Virus record (IMG/VR): IMGVR_UViG_3300024999_000055
Span: 42,331 to 106,330 of that record
DNA: 64,000 bases
Direction: 5' to 3' (one strand)
Origin: a virus
Shown here: positions 33,276 to 44,661 of the stretch, piece after piece
Layout: each line of letters begins with the position of its first letter
Position numbering within the stretch: position 1 is the first letter of the stretch
Program-made: the position numbers and the translations under genes
The notes under the pieces: generated by a model
Told to the model about the DNA's origin: nothing
The model's input: only the letters and a program-made list of their open reading frames with translations
Database searches by the model: none

Positions 33276-35240
33276 CTAAATCATCTTAATAAATTCATCT
33301 TCGGAAAGCACATAAATACCATCTTTAATTGCTTTATCTACTTTACTACTACCTTTTACACTTCCAACTACAAGATAATCTAAACTCTTAGCATATCCTG
33401 AAGTAAATTCAGCACCCAAACCTTCAAGTAATGATTTTAATTCTTCTTTCTTGTAATTTGCAAACGTCCCAGTACAGTAAATCTTCTTAGAATGAAAAAA
33501 TCCATCTTTATTTGTTGTATTTTCCAACTTAATTTCCTCCTTCTTAACACTCACAACATCTAATAATTCCTTAATTTGTTTCATATTATCTTCATCTTGA
33601 AAATATGAATAAATACTCATTGCAGTAGTTTCGCCAAAATCTTTAATAGTCATAAATTTATAACCTGAATAAGATTCTGTTGCATCTAAAAAAGCATTAA
33701 TATCACTATTAAAATGTTTCTCTAATCTCTTAGAACTACCAAATCCAACATTTTTAATCCCTAAAGATGCAATTAGTGAACACATTTTAATACTCTTAGA
33801 ATTTTCAATCGCTTTAATCATCTTATTATAAGATTTCAAAGCAAAACCAGGAAGTGATATAATATCTTTTTTATATCTTTCTAGTTTAAAAATATCCATA
33901 TAACAATTAATAAAACCTTTGTCAATAAATACTTCTAATGATGCTTCACCAATATCACTAATATTAAAGCATTGTTTACTAACAAAGTGTTTTAATTTCT
34001 TAAGTAACTTTGCATCACAATCAGGATTAAGACAGAATAAATCATGAGTATTTACAACTTTTCTAACTTCTACTTTACCTTTACAAGTAGGACATTCTTT
34101 AGGAATTTCTTCAGTTCCACTTCTTGTAATATTATTTTCAATTGCAGGAATAATTTTGTTCCTCTTCGATATCTCAATCACATCATCTTTACCAAGTTTT
34201 AATTGCCAAAATCTATCTAAATTATGTGTTGTTGCTCTGGTTACTTCTGTACCTTCAATTTGAACTGGTTGGAAGATACCTGTACCTACAATTTTCCCAA
34301 ATCTACTTGTATTCCATTCAGTATATAGATATTTTGATTTATGCCAACTATCCTCGAATTTGAAAGAAATTGATCCATTATAATGATGATTGGTTTTGCC
34401 TAATGATTCTGCATATTTAATATCATTGAATGTTAGCACTAGGCCATCAATTGGATAATCAAAAGTAGGAATATCTTCTATAATTTGATTAATTGTTTCT
34501 TCAAGATTATTTTTATCAACAATCCAATATTGAACAGTATCAAATCCTTGTGATTTTAACCATTCTAATTGTTCAATTTTTGTATTAAATTTATTTCCTT
34601 TAAGAATATTAAAAGCACAAAATTCAATATTCCTATCTTTGCATACTTTAGAATCAAGCAAACCAACTGAACCATTCGCTAAATTCCTTGGATTTGCATA
34701 TCTATCATCTGGATTTTTAATTTTAGAGTTTAATTCATTGAATGAAGAATATTTCATATAATTCTCACCAATAATTTGAATCTCTTGTTCATCATCAATT
34801 GTTAATGGAATATTTTTAATACTATTACCATTATGAGAAATATCTTCTCCAATATTTGTTTCTGAATCTCCTCTAGTTACCAATTGTTTAAATTCTTTTT
34901 GATAAGTTATTTTACCTGTCCCACCATCAATTTTTAACATTAACACACCTTGTTTATCACCTAACCATTTTACCAATTTAGGAATTTCTTTGATCTTGTT
35001 AAGTGACAATAGAGGAATATCATGGTGTACTTTTGGTAGATTAGATACTACTTTATAACCTGCTCTTTGTGTAGGTGAATTAGATAATATGATATTAGTA
35101 GATTCTTCTAATGATTTAAGTTCGTCAAATAGAATGTTGTATTCACGATTCTCCATTATAGGAGTATTTAGATTGTAGTATGCATCACATGCTTTGTTTA
35201 ATTCTTTCACCAAATCTTGAATTCTCTTAATCTTATCCAT
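33276..35240 (-). CDS. ligA: NAD-dependent DNA ligase
   Basis: LLSLNK, KIDG, TRGD, NPRN, IDGLV, CPTC..CLNPDC, HhH, C-terminal BRCT. Confidence 0.96.
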   Translation of the reverse strand: MDKIKRIQDLVKELNKACDAYYNLNTPIMENREYNILFDELKSLEESTNIILSNSPTQRAGYKVVSNLPKVHHDIPLLSLNKIKEIPKLVKWLGDKQGVLMLKIDGGTGKITYQKEFKQLVTRGDSETNIGEDISHNGNSIKNIPLTIDDEQEIQIIGENYMKYSSFNELNSKIKNPDDRYANPRNLANGSVGLLDSKVCKDRNIEFCAFNILKGNKFNTKIEQLEWLKSQGFDTVQYWIVDKNNLEETINQIIEDIPTFDYPIDGLVLTFNDIKYAESLGKTNHHYNGSISFKFEDSWHKSKYLYTEWNTSRFGKIVGTGIFQPVQIEGTEVTRATTHNLDRFWQLKLGKDDVIEISKRNKIIPAIENNITRSGTEEIPKECPTCKGKVEVRKVVNTHDLFCLNPDCDAKLLKKLKHFVSKQCFNISDIGEASLEVFIDKGFINCYMDIFKLERYKKDIISLPGFALKSYNKMIKAIENSKSIKMCSLIASLGIKNVGFGSSKRLEKHFNSDINAFLDATESYSGYKFMTIKDFGETTAMSIYSYFQDEDNMKQIKELLDVVSVKKEEIKLENTTNKDGFFHSKKIYCTGTFANYKKEELKSLLEGLGAEFTSGYAKSLDYLVVGSVKGSSKVDKAIKDGIYVLSEDEFIKMI

Positions 35241-36693
35241 ATGTAGCCTCCTTTAAATTTCTATTCCCATTATATTATCATTCTGTCAAGATTTTTTTTC
35301 ATTTTATAACATTCTGGATTATCTTCTGTAACATAAATACATCTAGGAAACTTAAAATATTTACATCCTTTTAGACTTGTATCACATTCCATATATAATC
35401 TTTCTCCACATCTTGTACAACGATAATGTTTTTCTAATTCGGAACCACAACTACGAATTGCTGTTGCTTCATATTTCCAATCATGAATACCAAGTAAACA
35501 ACGTATATTCATTTTATAATTTTTTCTCCTTTCAACACAAAAGAGGAATATCAAAGCAATATTTTACTCCCTATTCTCTAACATCCATTCTAAACAATAT
35601 TCTTCAGAAATCAAAGTTAAATCATCCAACACATCTGGTAAAAACGGCCCAGTTTGTGGATTATAAATTTCATATACCTTTCCATCTTTAATAATATATC
35701 CTTGTTCTTTAAGATATTTTAAATCCTTTTTATTATTTAAAATAAATTCCCTTAATTCACAAGGATATTCTAAATACCAATTATCACCTTTAATATTTGA
35801 CTTTCCTAAATTAGCTAAATAAATAGCTTTAGTATAATTATTATAAGTTACAAGTGCATAACAACCAATATCTTTTTCTTTGATATGATAATCTAAATAT
35901 TTTTGTTTTTCTTGTTTGTTTTTGATTTCCATAAGTTATCTCCTTTACTTATTTTATCAATTAAAACACTTAAATAATTTGCATCTTTTATTCCTGCTAT
36001 ACTCATACAAATCCATTTATTAATAAATTTATTTTCTTCCGTAGATAATTCATCCCATTTATCAGATATTTTTTTAAGTATTTCTGATAATGATTTCAAT
36101 TCATATTTATCTTTTCTTATATTAATTCCAACATTTAATAATACTTTTTCAATATGTTCTAAATTATTTTGATATGTATTATCTATTCTTTCTAATGTTT
36201 TATCATTTTCCATATTAATTCCTCCTATTTCATTACAAAATCTTTCTTTGGTGTTAATATTATTTTACTTTATTTATTTTATGTAAATAATCACTCATAA
36301 ATGCTTATATATCAAGGGTTTGCAGGTATTGATATGAGTAAAATCATAAATATACCTATTTTACGTATTTTACCCATATCATGATAAAACAGAATTTTTA
36401 TATTAACTAAAATTAACTCAAAATACAATATTAAGATTTATCAACTTTTTTATTAATTATTTACTACCAACTACAAGCACCACATAATGATCCACGATCT
36501 ATGCGACAACCGCATTTTGAGCATCTAGGACTACTGGATGAATTATAGGATGATCTAACTCCACCACAAAATTCACCAATAGTTTGCCCACCATTGCGAT
36601 GTACTTCTCGTCTATTTGCTTCATTAATCCTCCTTTTTTCTTCTTGAATTTTTCTCTCTACATCTTCAAATAAACCCATAATTAATCTCTCCT

Positions 36694-37050
36694 TTAAATT
36701 AATTTTAATTTTTTTAATATAGGCATTATATTTTCTTTTTCTTGTGGATAATATTTTGTCATAGTTTCATAAGCGTTTAATGGTTTATCTAGTTTTGTAT
36801 ATCTGGCACACTCCCAATCTATAATCATTTCTAAATAATTCTTCTTTCTTTTAGATTCTACATGATGTCTTGAGTATTTACGATGAATATTTCTAATTGT
36901 TTTCTTATTTAATGGTAATAAATATAGAATTAATTTATCAACATCATGTAAATATCCCGATATAGTATTTTTACCTAATAATTGTTTTTCTACTTTCAAA
37001 AATGCTTTTTTATGATTCCATGTGTAAAATATTAATTTTAAATTAAACAT
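36694..37050 (-). CDS. Small HD-superfamily (DUF5662-like) protein
   Basis: HKKAF...LHDVDK...HRKYSRHH...EMIIDW. Confidence 0.65.
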   Translation of the reverse strand: MFNLKLIFYTWNHKKAFLKVEKQLLGKNTISGYLHDVDKLILYLLPLNKKTIRNIHRKYSRHHVESKRKKNYLEMIIDWECARYTKLDKPLNAYETMTKYYPQEKENIMPILKKLKLI

Positions 37051-37066
37051 TTTTATACTCCCACAT

Positions 37067-38506
37067 TTAATTAATCTCTAATGCATTAAATCTTTTTGCT
37101 ATCTCTTTAAAAGATGAATTATAAGCATTTATAAATCTTTCGTTATTATTTAAGTCATCTTCATTAAGATATTTTTTATTACGTCCATCATAATCATCAC
37201 AAACTACTGGTTCAATAACACTCCTATCATATGAATTTTGTATAGTAATAGTTTTAATCATTCTTGGTTCATTGTTTTCTTTCTCATATTCAAAAATTAG
37301 ATTTAAATTATTTGATAATTCTATAGGGAATATAGTATTATATCTTCTGTTCCAATACTTATTATATCTTCTATTATTTAATTCCTGTATATTCTTTTTA
37401 ATAATTTCTAAAATATACTTATATCTATCCATAATTTTATTATAATCCAATGTAAAATTTTCTTTTAACATTTTAGATTCTATATTTATAGGATTAATTT
37501 TTTTAAAATCATCTTGTATTATTAAAGTATTCTTCATTTCAAATATAATTTCATCAATATCCTTTCCCCAACATAATCCAACTACAGAAGTTATATCATC
37601 ATTAGTAATGTCAATATTTTCTGGTACAGCAAATAAAATAGGATCTAATCTGCAATATAAATATTCTATTTGTTTTTGTTGTTTAAGAATAGTATTTTGT
37701 AATTGTTGGTTTTGTGATTCTAAATTCATTTGTACTTGTCTATTTCTATATTTTTCATTTATGAATTCTGTTTCTAATTTATTTAATTTGTTTGAAATTG
37801 AATTTATTTTATCACTTAATGTTTTTATATTTATATCAAATGATTGTGCTAGTGATTTTAAATTTTCATCATTGGTTTTCGTTGCCATATATAAATTTTT
37901 CTGTGTAGGAATTATTAAATCTAATGTTTGAAATATATTTTCAAAGTAATCAGAATAATAAATACCTTTAATTACATCACTTTTAATTTGTTCCCATACA
38001 TTATAATAGTCTATAGGGCATAATAAATAACATTGATAATTGGTTGTTGTATCCTGTCTTAATAATTCATTAAAATATTTATACCCTTTCTTTAATTCAT
38101 ATGAATTATCCTCTATATCAAATAGTTTATCAATTTCAGTATATTCAACAGGAATTATTACCATATTAAAAATATTTGCAAGCGTTCTATATTCAGATAT
38201 TTTAACTTTGGGTAGATGATTTAATGCTGTTAAAATATCTGAATATTCTCCATCACAACTAGGAATCTTTTTTAATTTAGGAGGTAATCTTCTTTCCGTT
38301 ATCCAACTATTTTTTCTTATTTCTAAACTTTCATTTTTTAATTTATTATTTATTTTATTTTTTAATTCTGGTGTTTCTCCTAGATATTCTAATGATTGTT
38401 TATATAAATCAATCACTTTTCCAAAATTGTTTATAATGTCATTATCTTTTTCTAATAACTTAACAGGTTTATTTTCAAATTTAACTGCCTGTAATAAATT
38501 AGGCAT
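37067..38506 (-). CDS. Hypothetical protein with central coiled coil
   Basis: 479 aa ORF, heptad-like segment LSDKINSISNKLNKLE...LQNTILKQQKQ; own promoter. Confidence 0.75.
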   Translation of the reverse strand: MPNLLQAVKFENKPVKLLEKDNDIINNFGKVIDLYKQSLEYLGETPELKNKINNKLKNESLEIRKNSWITERRLPPKLKKIPSCDGEYSDILTALNHLPKVKISEYRTLANIFNMVIIPVEYTEIDKLFDIEDNSYELKKGYKYFNELLRQDTTTNYQCYLLCPIDYYNVWEQIKSDVIKGIYYSDYFENIFQTLDLIIPTQKNLYMATKTNDENLKSLAQSFDINIKTLSDKINSISNKLNKLETEFINEKYRNRQVQMNLESQNQQLQNTILKQQKQIEYLYCRLDPILFAVPENIDITNDDITSVVGLCWGKDIDEIIFEMKNTLIIQDDFKKINPINIESKMLKENFTLDYNKIMDRYKYILEIIKKNIQELNNRRYNKYWNRRYNTIFPIELSNNLNLIFEYEKENNEPRMIKTITIQNSYDRSVIEPVVCDDYDGRNKKYLNEDDLNNNERFINAYNSSFKEIAKRFNALEIN

Positions 38507-38536
38507 TATATCGCCCTCCTTTTAATTGTTGTATTT

Positions 38537-38565
38537 ATTTTAACATTTTGTTGTTAGTTTGTCAA
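38537..38565 (-). promoter_or_regulatory. sigma-A promoter (extended -10)
   Basis: TTGACA-17 nt-TAAAAT; shares ACAAAATGTTAAAATAAATA with the 10586 promoter. Confidence 0.8.
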
Positions 38566-38578
38566 CTATTATTTCTTA

Positions 38579-38652
38579 ACGAAATGCGTCTTTGGTAATG
38601 ATATTTATACTACATATAGTATATTGTAATAATTATATACTATATGTAGTAT
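38579..38652. repeat. Composite site: palindrome A + tandem NrdR-box-like pair
   Basis: ACGAAA-TGCGTC-TTTGGT, then ATACTACATATAGTAT (38607) and ATACTATATGTAGTAT (38637). Confidence 0.8.
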
Positions 38653-38991
38653 TTATTCTATAATTCATTCAATGTATTTCTAACTCTTCTTACCAACCAA
38701 AACCATTTTTCTGTTTCATATTTTTGTCTAAGCAAATCATCAATATCAAACCAATAACTTTTAAAATTACCACTATTCATAAATTTAATCATTGCTAAAT
38801 ATGCTTCACTCTCTGTTAATTCTTTGTTTTCAAATTGTTTATTAATAATTATTGCACTATTCATTACTATTGGTGCTTTTCTAGCAACAATTTTTACTTT
38901 ATCTCTTCTTGGCATAATAATCACCTCTTTAGGCAATTATATCACTTATTATTATATTTATCAATATATATTTTTCTCATATGTATAATAT

Positions 38992-39717
38992 TTATATTAC
39001 TATTTTATAATTCATTTTTAAATATAATTCATCTAATTCTTTTTTAAATCTATTTTCTAGATCCTGAACACTTTCTTTTGCTCTAAATTGATTCCAAGAC
39101 CTATTATCCATATCTTTAAGTTGTCCCCATAAATCAGGATAATATATGTATAAATTTCTTAATTCTCTTAAACTAGAGAAAGGACAACACCAACAACTTA
39201 CTCTATTAAATTTAGTATATAGTCCACCCCAATCAAAACCTTTATCATAACAATATTTTAATGCTTCCCCTTCTGTCATTTTCCAATCAATTAATGGATA
39301 TCTTTTAAATTGATTATCATCTACTCTATTTAATTCATCCATACCAATTCCTATATATTGAATATAACTACCATTTCCATATTTTTTATTTAAATATGAT
39401 TTTATTAAATCTCTTTTTAATACTGAAGTACACCATCTATTTTGACCTTGAGATGCCCATGCATATCCTTTTTGTCCTTTATTTTTACCTCTCGTTTTTT
39501 CATGATCAAACATCCAATAATCAAATGTCTTATTCTGAAGAATTGTAATTGGCATACTTGTATATTGTTTTATTTTTTCAATGTGTTCATAAAGTTGAGG
39601 AAACTCTTTTGTTGTATCTGCACAAACAATTTCGTCTATTCGCATATCTTTTTCCTTCATTAATAGGAAAAGTGCTGTTGAATCTTTCCCACCAGAAAAA
39701 CTAACTATATGGTTCAA
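38992..39717 (-). CDS. PAPS-reductase-family (PP-loop) protein
   Basis: VSFSGGKDS, DT..EFP, RWCT..LK, YPL.DW, RVSCWCCP. Confidence 0.9.
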   Translation of the reverse strand: MNHIVSFSGGKDSTALFLLMKEKDMRIDEIVCADTTKEFPQLYEHIEKIKQYTSMPITILQNKTFDYWMFDHEKTRGKNKGQKGYAWASQGQNRWCTSVLKRDLIKSYLNKKYGNGSYIQYIGIGMDELNRVDDNQFKRYPLIDWKMTEGEALKYCYDKGFDWGGLYTKFNRVSCWCCPFSSLRELRNLYIYYPDLWGQLKDMDNRSWNQFRAKESVQDLENRFKKELDELYLKMNYKIVI

Positions 39718-39754
39718 ATAAATTAATCCTCCATTTATTATATTTTAAGTTGTG

Positions 39755-39829
39755 ATAAATTTTATGTTTTGTTGTGATTTTTATACTACATATAGTATTC
39801 ACAATCTATATCTATATTATATGTAGTAT
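39755..39829. repeat. Composite site: palindrome A + tandem NrdR-box-like pair
   Basis: ATAAAT-TTTATG-TTTTGT, then boxes at 39783 and 39814 (31 bp apart). Confidence 0.8.
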
Positions 39830-39848
39830 CGTAAAAACATTAAACCTA

Positions 39849-40295
39849 CTAAATCATTGACTCAATTTCTTCAATTGCTAAAGATACTTGTCTTTCGCTA
39901 GAGAGAAGAACATGAAGTTTACTTTCAAGTAATTTCAATTTCCTATCTTCTTCTTCATATTTCAAAATCTCTAATTTTAATTTAATATCCGTAATCCATT
40001 GATCAAATACATAACCGGAAATAACATATTCTTCATCTAGTCCCAAATCAACGGCAGATAATAAATATGAATTTAATTTAACTAGTAAATGAGTTAAACC
40101 TTCTCTATTTAATACTTGTAAATTCAATCTTACTCCATCCAATTCAATACTACAATTTGTTAATGGTGAAAATTTCTTTTTAGTTTTTAAACCTTTCTTC
40201 TTCTCTGCAATCTGCGATTTTAACAACATAATCTTATCATCATTTGTCATTTGTTTTTCACTCATATTATTTTCCCTCCGAATATAATTTTCCAT
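39849..40295 (-). CDS. Hypothetical phage protein, adjacent partner of 40267..41361
   Basis: Long ORF overlapping the end of the upstream gene. Confidence 0.7.
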   Translation of the reverse strand: MENYIRRENNMSEKQMTNDDKIMLLKSQIAEKKKGLKTKKKFSPLTNCSIELDGVRLNLQVLNREGLTHLLVKLNSYLLSAVDLGLDEEYVISGYVFDQWITDIKLKLEILKYEEEDRKLKLLESKLHVLLSSERQVSLAIEEIESMI

Positions 40296-41361
40296 TTGTT
40301 AGATATGTGTTTTTATACATTGGTTTATATTTATTGTATATTTCCTCCAAAGTATACTCTACATATATTCTATTATTATTAAGAAAACCATAAGTGTTAC
40401 CATCTCTAAGATAATATTTACCTGTATTATTATACATTTTTTCTACAGAAATATATCTTTTATCTGTATCATAAAAATATGTCCCTCTATTTGTTGCCTT
40501 TTTACTAAATTCTTCAAAAGTATATTCTATATATTCATCCTTACTATCATCAACAGGAGAATAGTGTTCGTTACATTCAAGTTTATCAAATAATTCTGCG
40601 TAATTATCGACACATTCTGAAGATATAATTGATATAAATCTTTCTCCTAGACTTTTTAATGTTAATAAACTAATCCATTTACTATTATATTTATCATTAT
40701 CATCATACTTTCTGATAAAATAATGATGTTTGCCTTTGTTTATTTTATTCGTTACCCATTCATAATCATAACGACTGTTTGATTTATATATTCTTTCATT
40801 TTTAGTATCATAATAATCAAATCTACCCATATAAATATATTCTTCATCTGATTTAGTTTTATATGTACCACCTAATACTAAATCTTTTACTTTAACATAA
40901 TTCTTCTCATGTAATATTTCATTATATTGGATGATTTCTTTATAGTCTGGTGAATCTATAGGCAATAATAATAAATCCTTGCCTGAGTAAGCATAAAGAA
41001 ATTGCCCTTCTAACCCTTTTCCTTTAATACTGTTATTATTTTCCAAAATATATAATAAATTCTCTATTGATATTTCTATTTCAAAATTACGAGGATCGTA
41101 TACTCTGCAATATGCATGTCTATAATTCCAATTACTCTGATAATCCCCAACTTTCTTATTTAATACAAATCCTGATGTTGGCTCATTTACAAATTCTTGT
41201 GGTTCGATATTTTTATCGCGCCAGCCGTTCCAGGATTTTTCTTTACGCAATACATTTTTTTGATCATAATAAATTACATATGCTAATTTTTGAGTATATG
41301 TATCAGAACGATTTTGATAACCTACTTTAATAGTTTTGGGAATGAAGATATTTGTTTTTAT
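40267..41361 (-). CDS. Hypothetical phage protein, N-terminally extended to an ATA start
   Basis: AAGGAGG-8 nt-ATA AAA ACA AAT ATC TTC ATT CCC, open into the track ORF (xKTNIFIPKTIKVGYQNRSDTYTQKLAYVIYYD...RKEKSW). Confidence 0.7.
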   Translation of the reverse strand: MKTNIFIPKTIKVGYQNRSDTYTQKLAYVIYYDQKNVLRKEKSWNGWRDKNIEPQEFVNEPTSGFVLNKKVGDYQSNWNYRHAYCRVYDPRNFEIEISIENLLYILENNNSIKGKGLEGQFLYAYSGKDLLLLPIDSPDYKEIIQYNEILHEKNYVKVKDLVLGGTYKTKSDEEYIYMGRFDYYDTKNERIYKSNSRYDYEWVTNKINKGKHHYFIRKYDDNDKYNSKWISLLTLKSLGERFISIISSECVDNYAELFDKLECNEHYSPVDDSKDEYIEYTFEEFSKKATNRGTYFYDTDKRYISVEKMYNNTGKYYLRDGNTYGFLNNNRIYVEYTLEEIYNKYKPMYKNTYLTNGKLYSEGK

Positions 41362-41581
41362 AAGATTAACCTCCTTTCTTATTTTTAAGAATTAATTATT
41401 TCATCAAATTTTTCACCGCAATTACTACAATATTTATTCATTGAACTTTGATTACTACTATTACAATTAGTACAATAATACACAGTTATCTTTTTCCCTT
41501 CAAAAGTATCATAACAACATTCTTCTTTAATTAGTATTTTTGCCATAATATGATTGCTCCTTTATTAATTTATTTTATTTA

Positions 41582-42823
41582 TCATTCTCCTGCCTTATAA
41601 TTATAAATAGGTTTAATAATATCTAATATTTCAACAGTATTATTAATATTATTAATAATTTCTTCTATAGGTTTATAAGCCATAGGTGCTTCATCAAGCG
41701 TATGTGTACTTACAGAATTAGTAAAAATATCTTTCATAGATTCTTGATAATCTTCCATAGATATATTTTCTTTTGCCTTACTTCTACTCATTAATCTACC
41801 AGCACCATGAGGAGCAGAATAATTCCAATCTGCATTTCCTTTGCCTACAGCTAATATTGATCCATCACGCATATTAATAGGAATTAAAACTTTTTCACCT
41901 TCATAAGCAGAAATAGCACCTTTACGAATAATATTATCTTTAAAATTAATGTAGTTATGAATTGTTTCAAATATTTTAATATTATGATATTCTTTTGCAG
42001 TTATTTCTCCTATTTTTATAAGTTTTAATAAAATAATATCTGCTATGATATATCTATTTAAAGTAGCATATTCTTGGCAAAGTTTCATATCATGTAAATA
42101 TTTATCTCTCCATTCACCAGAAAGAAAACATAAATCTTTTGGATAAGATGGATGTAAATTATTATACCTTTTCTCTAATTCTTTTAATGCACTATGAATT
42201 TCATTTCTCTTTCCTTGTTGCTTATAATCAGCAATTAACTTTTCTTTTTGTTCATAAAAATCACTTTTGCCACTACATAAATCTATAGCAATGTTTTGAT
42301 AATATTCTGCTACTTGTTTTCCTAAACTTCTACTTCCTGAGTGAATTACAAGATATAAATTATCATTGCTATCTTTATTTACTTCAATAAAGTGATTTCC
42401 TCCACCAAGAGTACCTATACTTTTTTCTATTCTTTTTGTATCTTTAAGTGACCTATAGCAATGTAATTCTCTCATTTCATCAAAGTCAGATATTCTATTT
42501 TTATGTGTATTTCTTCCTAATGGGACAAATTCACGAATAATATCATCTAATTTTTGTAAATCAATATTTACTTTTCCTAATTCAAAAACTCCCATACCAC
42601 AACCGATATCTACCCCTACAATATTAGGAATTACTTTATCTCTTAAATCAGCAGTAAATCCTATTACACAGCCTGACCCATAATGACAATCTGGCATAAT
42701 ACGAATTTTACCACCTTCTACAAAAGGTTGATTACATAATTCAATTATCTGAGATATAGCAGTTTGTTCAATATTATCAGTAAAAACTTTTGCAGTATTG
42801 TATTTTCCTTTTAATTCTAACAA
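41582..42823 (-). CDS. rtcB: RtcB RNA ligase (3'-phosphate/5'-OH)
   Basis: MPDCH, VGVDIGCG, GTLGGGNHFIE, IHSGSR, HNY, HGAGR, DEAPMAYK; likely TTG start at 42823 after AAGGAGG. Confidence 0.95.
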   Translation of the reverse strand: MLELKGKYNTAKVFTDNIEQTAISQIIELCNQPFVEGGKIRIMPDCHYGSGCVIGFTADLRDKVIPNIVGVDIGCGMGVFELGKVNIDLQKLDDIIREFVPLGRNTHKNRISDFDEMRELHCYRSLKDTKRIEKSIGTLGGGNHFIEVNKDSNDNLYLVIHSGSRSLGKQVAEYYQNIAIDLCSGKSDFYEQKEKLIADYKQQGKRNEIHSALKELEKRYNNLHPSYPKDLCFLSGEWRDKYLHDMKLCQEYATLNRYIIADIILLKLIKIGEITAKEYHNIKIFETIHNYINFKDNIIRKGAISAYEGEKVLIPINMRDGSILAVGKGNADWNYSAPHGAGRLMSRSKAKENISMEDYQESMKDIFTNSVSTHTLDEAPMAYKPIEEIINNINNTVEILDIIKPIYNYKAGE

Positions 42824-42850
42824 GTTTTCAACCTCCTTTATCTTAATGAC

Positions 42851-42879
42851 ATTATACAATTATTTTTATATTGTGTCAA
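42851..42879 (-). promoter_or_regulatory. sigma-A promoter of rtcB
   Basis: TTGACA-17 nt-TATAAT. Confidence 0.85.
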
Positions 42880-43457
42880 TACCTAAAATCGTTACCAATC
42901 TAATTATTTGACATGATTTATTAATCCACTTTAATAAAATACTCAATACTAGATATTTCACTTCCTATAATTGCAACATTCTTTTCTGCACAATCTATTA
43001 ATTCAAAATGTGATAATTTAATTTCATTAGTTTGTTTAGGCATTATATTCATAATTAATTCCTCAAATTTAAGTTGTGTTTTAATCTTATATTCCTTACC
43101 GCTTTTCATGCAAATGATATAATCATACATAATATATTTTCTCCTTTTTTAACTATTTATAGAGTAATCTAACCTAACTTTTTTAACTTTATATTTATCC
43201 ATACTATCTCTTTCTATCCATTCTCTTACATATTCATTTGCTTCTGCTCTGGTATCAAAAGTAATTGCTTCACTAATTAACTTATTAATTTCATATTCAG
43301 TTTTAAAATCATTCATAGATTCAATTCTTGAGTAATATCCATCTTGGGTTATATTATATATAACATAATAAATATATGTTTCTGCTATTTTCATATATTA
43401 TCCTTTCTTAGATATTGTGTATGTATATTTAATATTATTTTTGAGTATAATCTTATT

Positions 43458-43545
43458 AGAGAAGTTGGTAGCAAGTTTAATATATAGTAATATTACCTCC
43501 TATGTTTTATTGCATATATTACACTACCAAATTCTCTTTTTGTTT
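43458..43545 (+). ncRNA. Putative hairpin sRNA with an anti-Shine-Dalgarno loop
   Basis: AGAGAAGTTGGTAG...TAATATAT / ATATATTA...CTACCAAATTCTCT stem, loop contains ACCTCCT, TATAAT at 43446, T tract after the stem. Confidence 0.45.
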
Positions 43546-43783
43546 ATCTAAACTTATTCTTCAATTCTTTCTTATACAAATCCAATACTTCTTCTTGATT
43601 ACTATCAATATAATCATAAATAATTTCTTCAATTTGAGATGAAAAATTAATTCGTTTAAGTTGATCTCTCATTTCATCTTTAATTAATGATTTAATTTCA
43701 TCATCTATGATAGAGTTTGCAATCTTATTAAATCTTTCAGCGATAGATTTTAAGATTATGTAATTTTCTGTTTGATTTTTTAT
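43544..43783 (-). CDS. Hypothetical helical protein with ATA start (absent from ORF track)
   Basis: AAGGAG-9 nt-ATA, 79 sense codons xKNQTENYIILKSIAERFNKIANSII...KNKFR*. Confidence 0.65.
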   Translation of the reverse strand: MKNQTENYIILKSIAERFNKIANSIIDDEIKSLIKDEMRDQLKRINFSSQIEEIIYDYIDSNQEEVLDLYKKELKNKFR

Positions 43784-44550
43784 GGTTTCATTCTCCTTTA
43801 TATTTATAATTTCTTCTCATATGAAATGGTCTACTATCTTCAGGATCATATGGATAACATTTTTCACATATAATTGGCGTATTACTTTCATTTACAATAC
43901 TTTTTATTAATTTATCTCCATATTTACATTCAGTACAATAAACATGTTCAAACATAATATTTATTTCTCCACATTTAATATCTTGCATATATTAAATCTC
44001 CTTTATATTTTAATAAAATGTGTATGGTTATGATTTTATTCTATTACTTCAATTTTAACTTTCTTACCATTTAATCTTCTGCATAACTCCCATATACTTA
44101 TTCCATCTTTTCTTCCTAATAAAAACCATTGCCCTTCCATGTCATTATAAATTTCACCCTCATATGTAATATCAAGATATGGAATTATTAATTCATCTTC
44201 CACATATTTAATAAATATTTCTTTAGAATAATCTAAACCCCAATATGGGTCATCATAGTCAATTTTATGTCCATTATTTAGTATGCCATGTATACCAAAT
44301 TGAATATTTTCACTAACCCATCCATTACAATTAGAAGGATAAATGGTAGCATAATATTCAGTAATAGTTATAGAATATTTTTCTCTAATATATTCTATTG
44401 CTTTAGTTAAATTAATATTGATTATATCTTGCTTATTCATACATTCAATTTCATGTTGCACACAATTATAATGATCTGTAAATTCTTTATCACATTTTTC
44501 ACATTTATAAATTTCTTTTGGCATAATAATTTAGTCTCCTTTTTATTAAT

Positions 44551-44652
44551 ATGAAAGCAAAATTTGGCTCAAATATTACCAAAGATTCCTTTGATCATGA
44601 TTTCTATACTATATGTAGTAGATATATGGTTTTGTATCACTACATATAGTAT
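44551..44652. repeat. Two palindrome-A sites + tandem NrdR-box-like pair
   Basis: ATGAAA-GCAAAA-TTTGGC; ACCAAA-GATTCC-TTTGAT-CATGATTT; boxes at 44606 and 44637. Confidence 0.8.
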
Positions 44653-44661
44653 ATTATTAAC

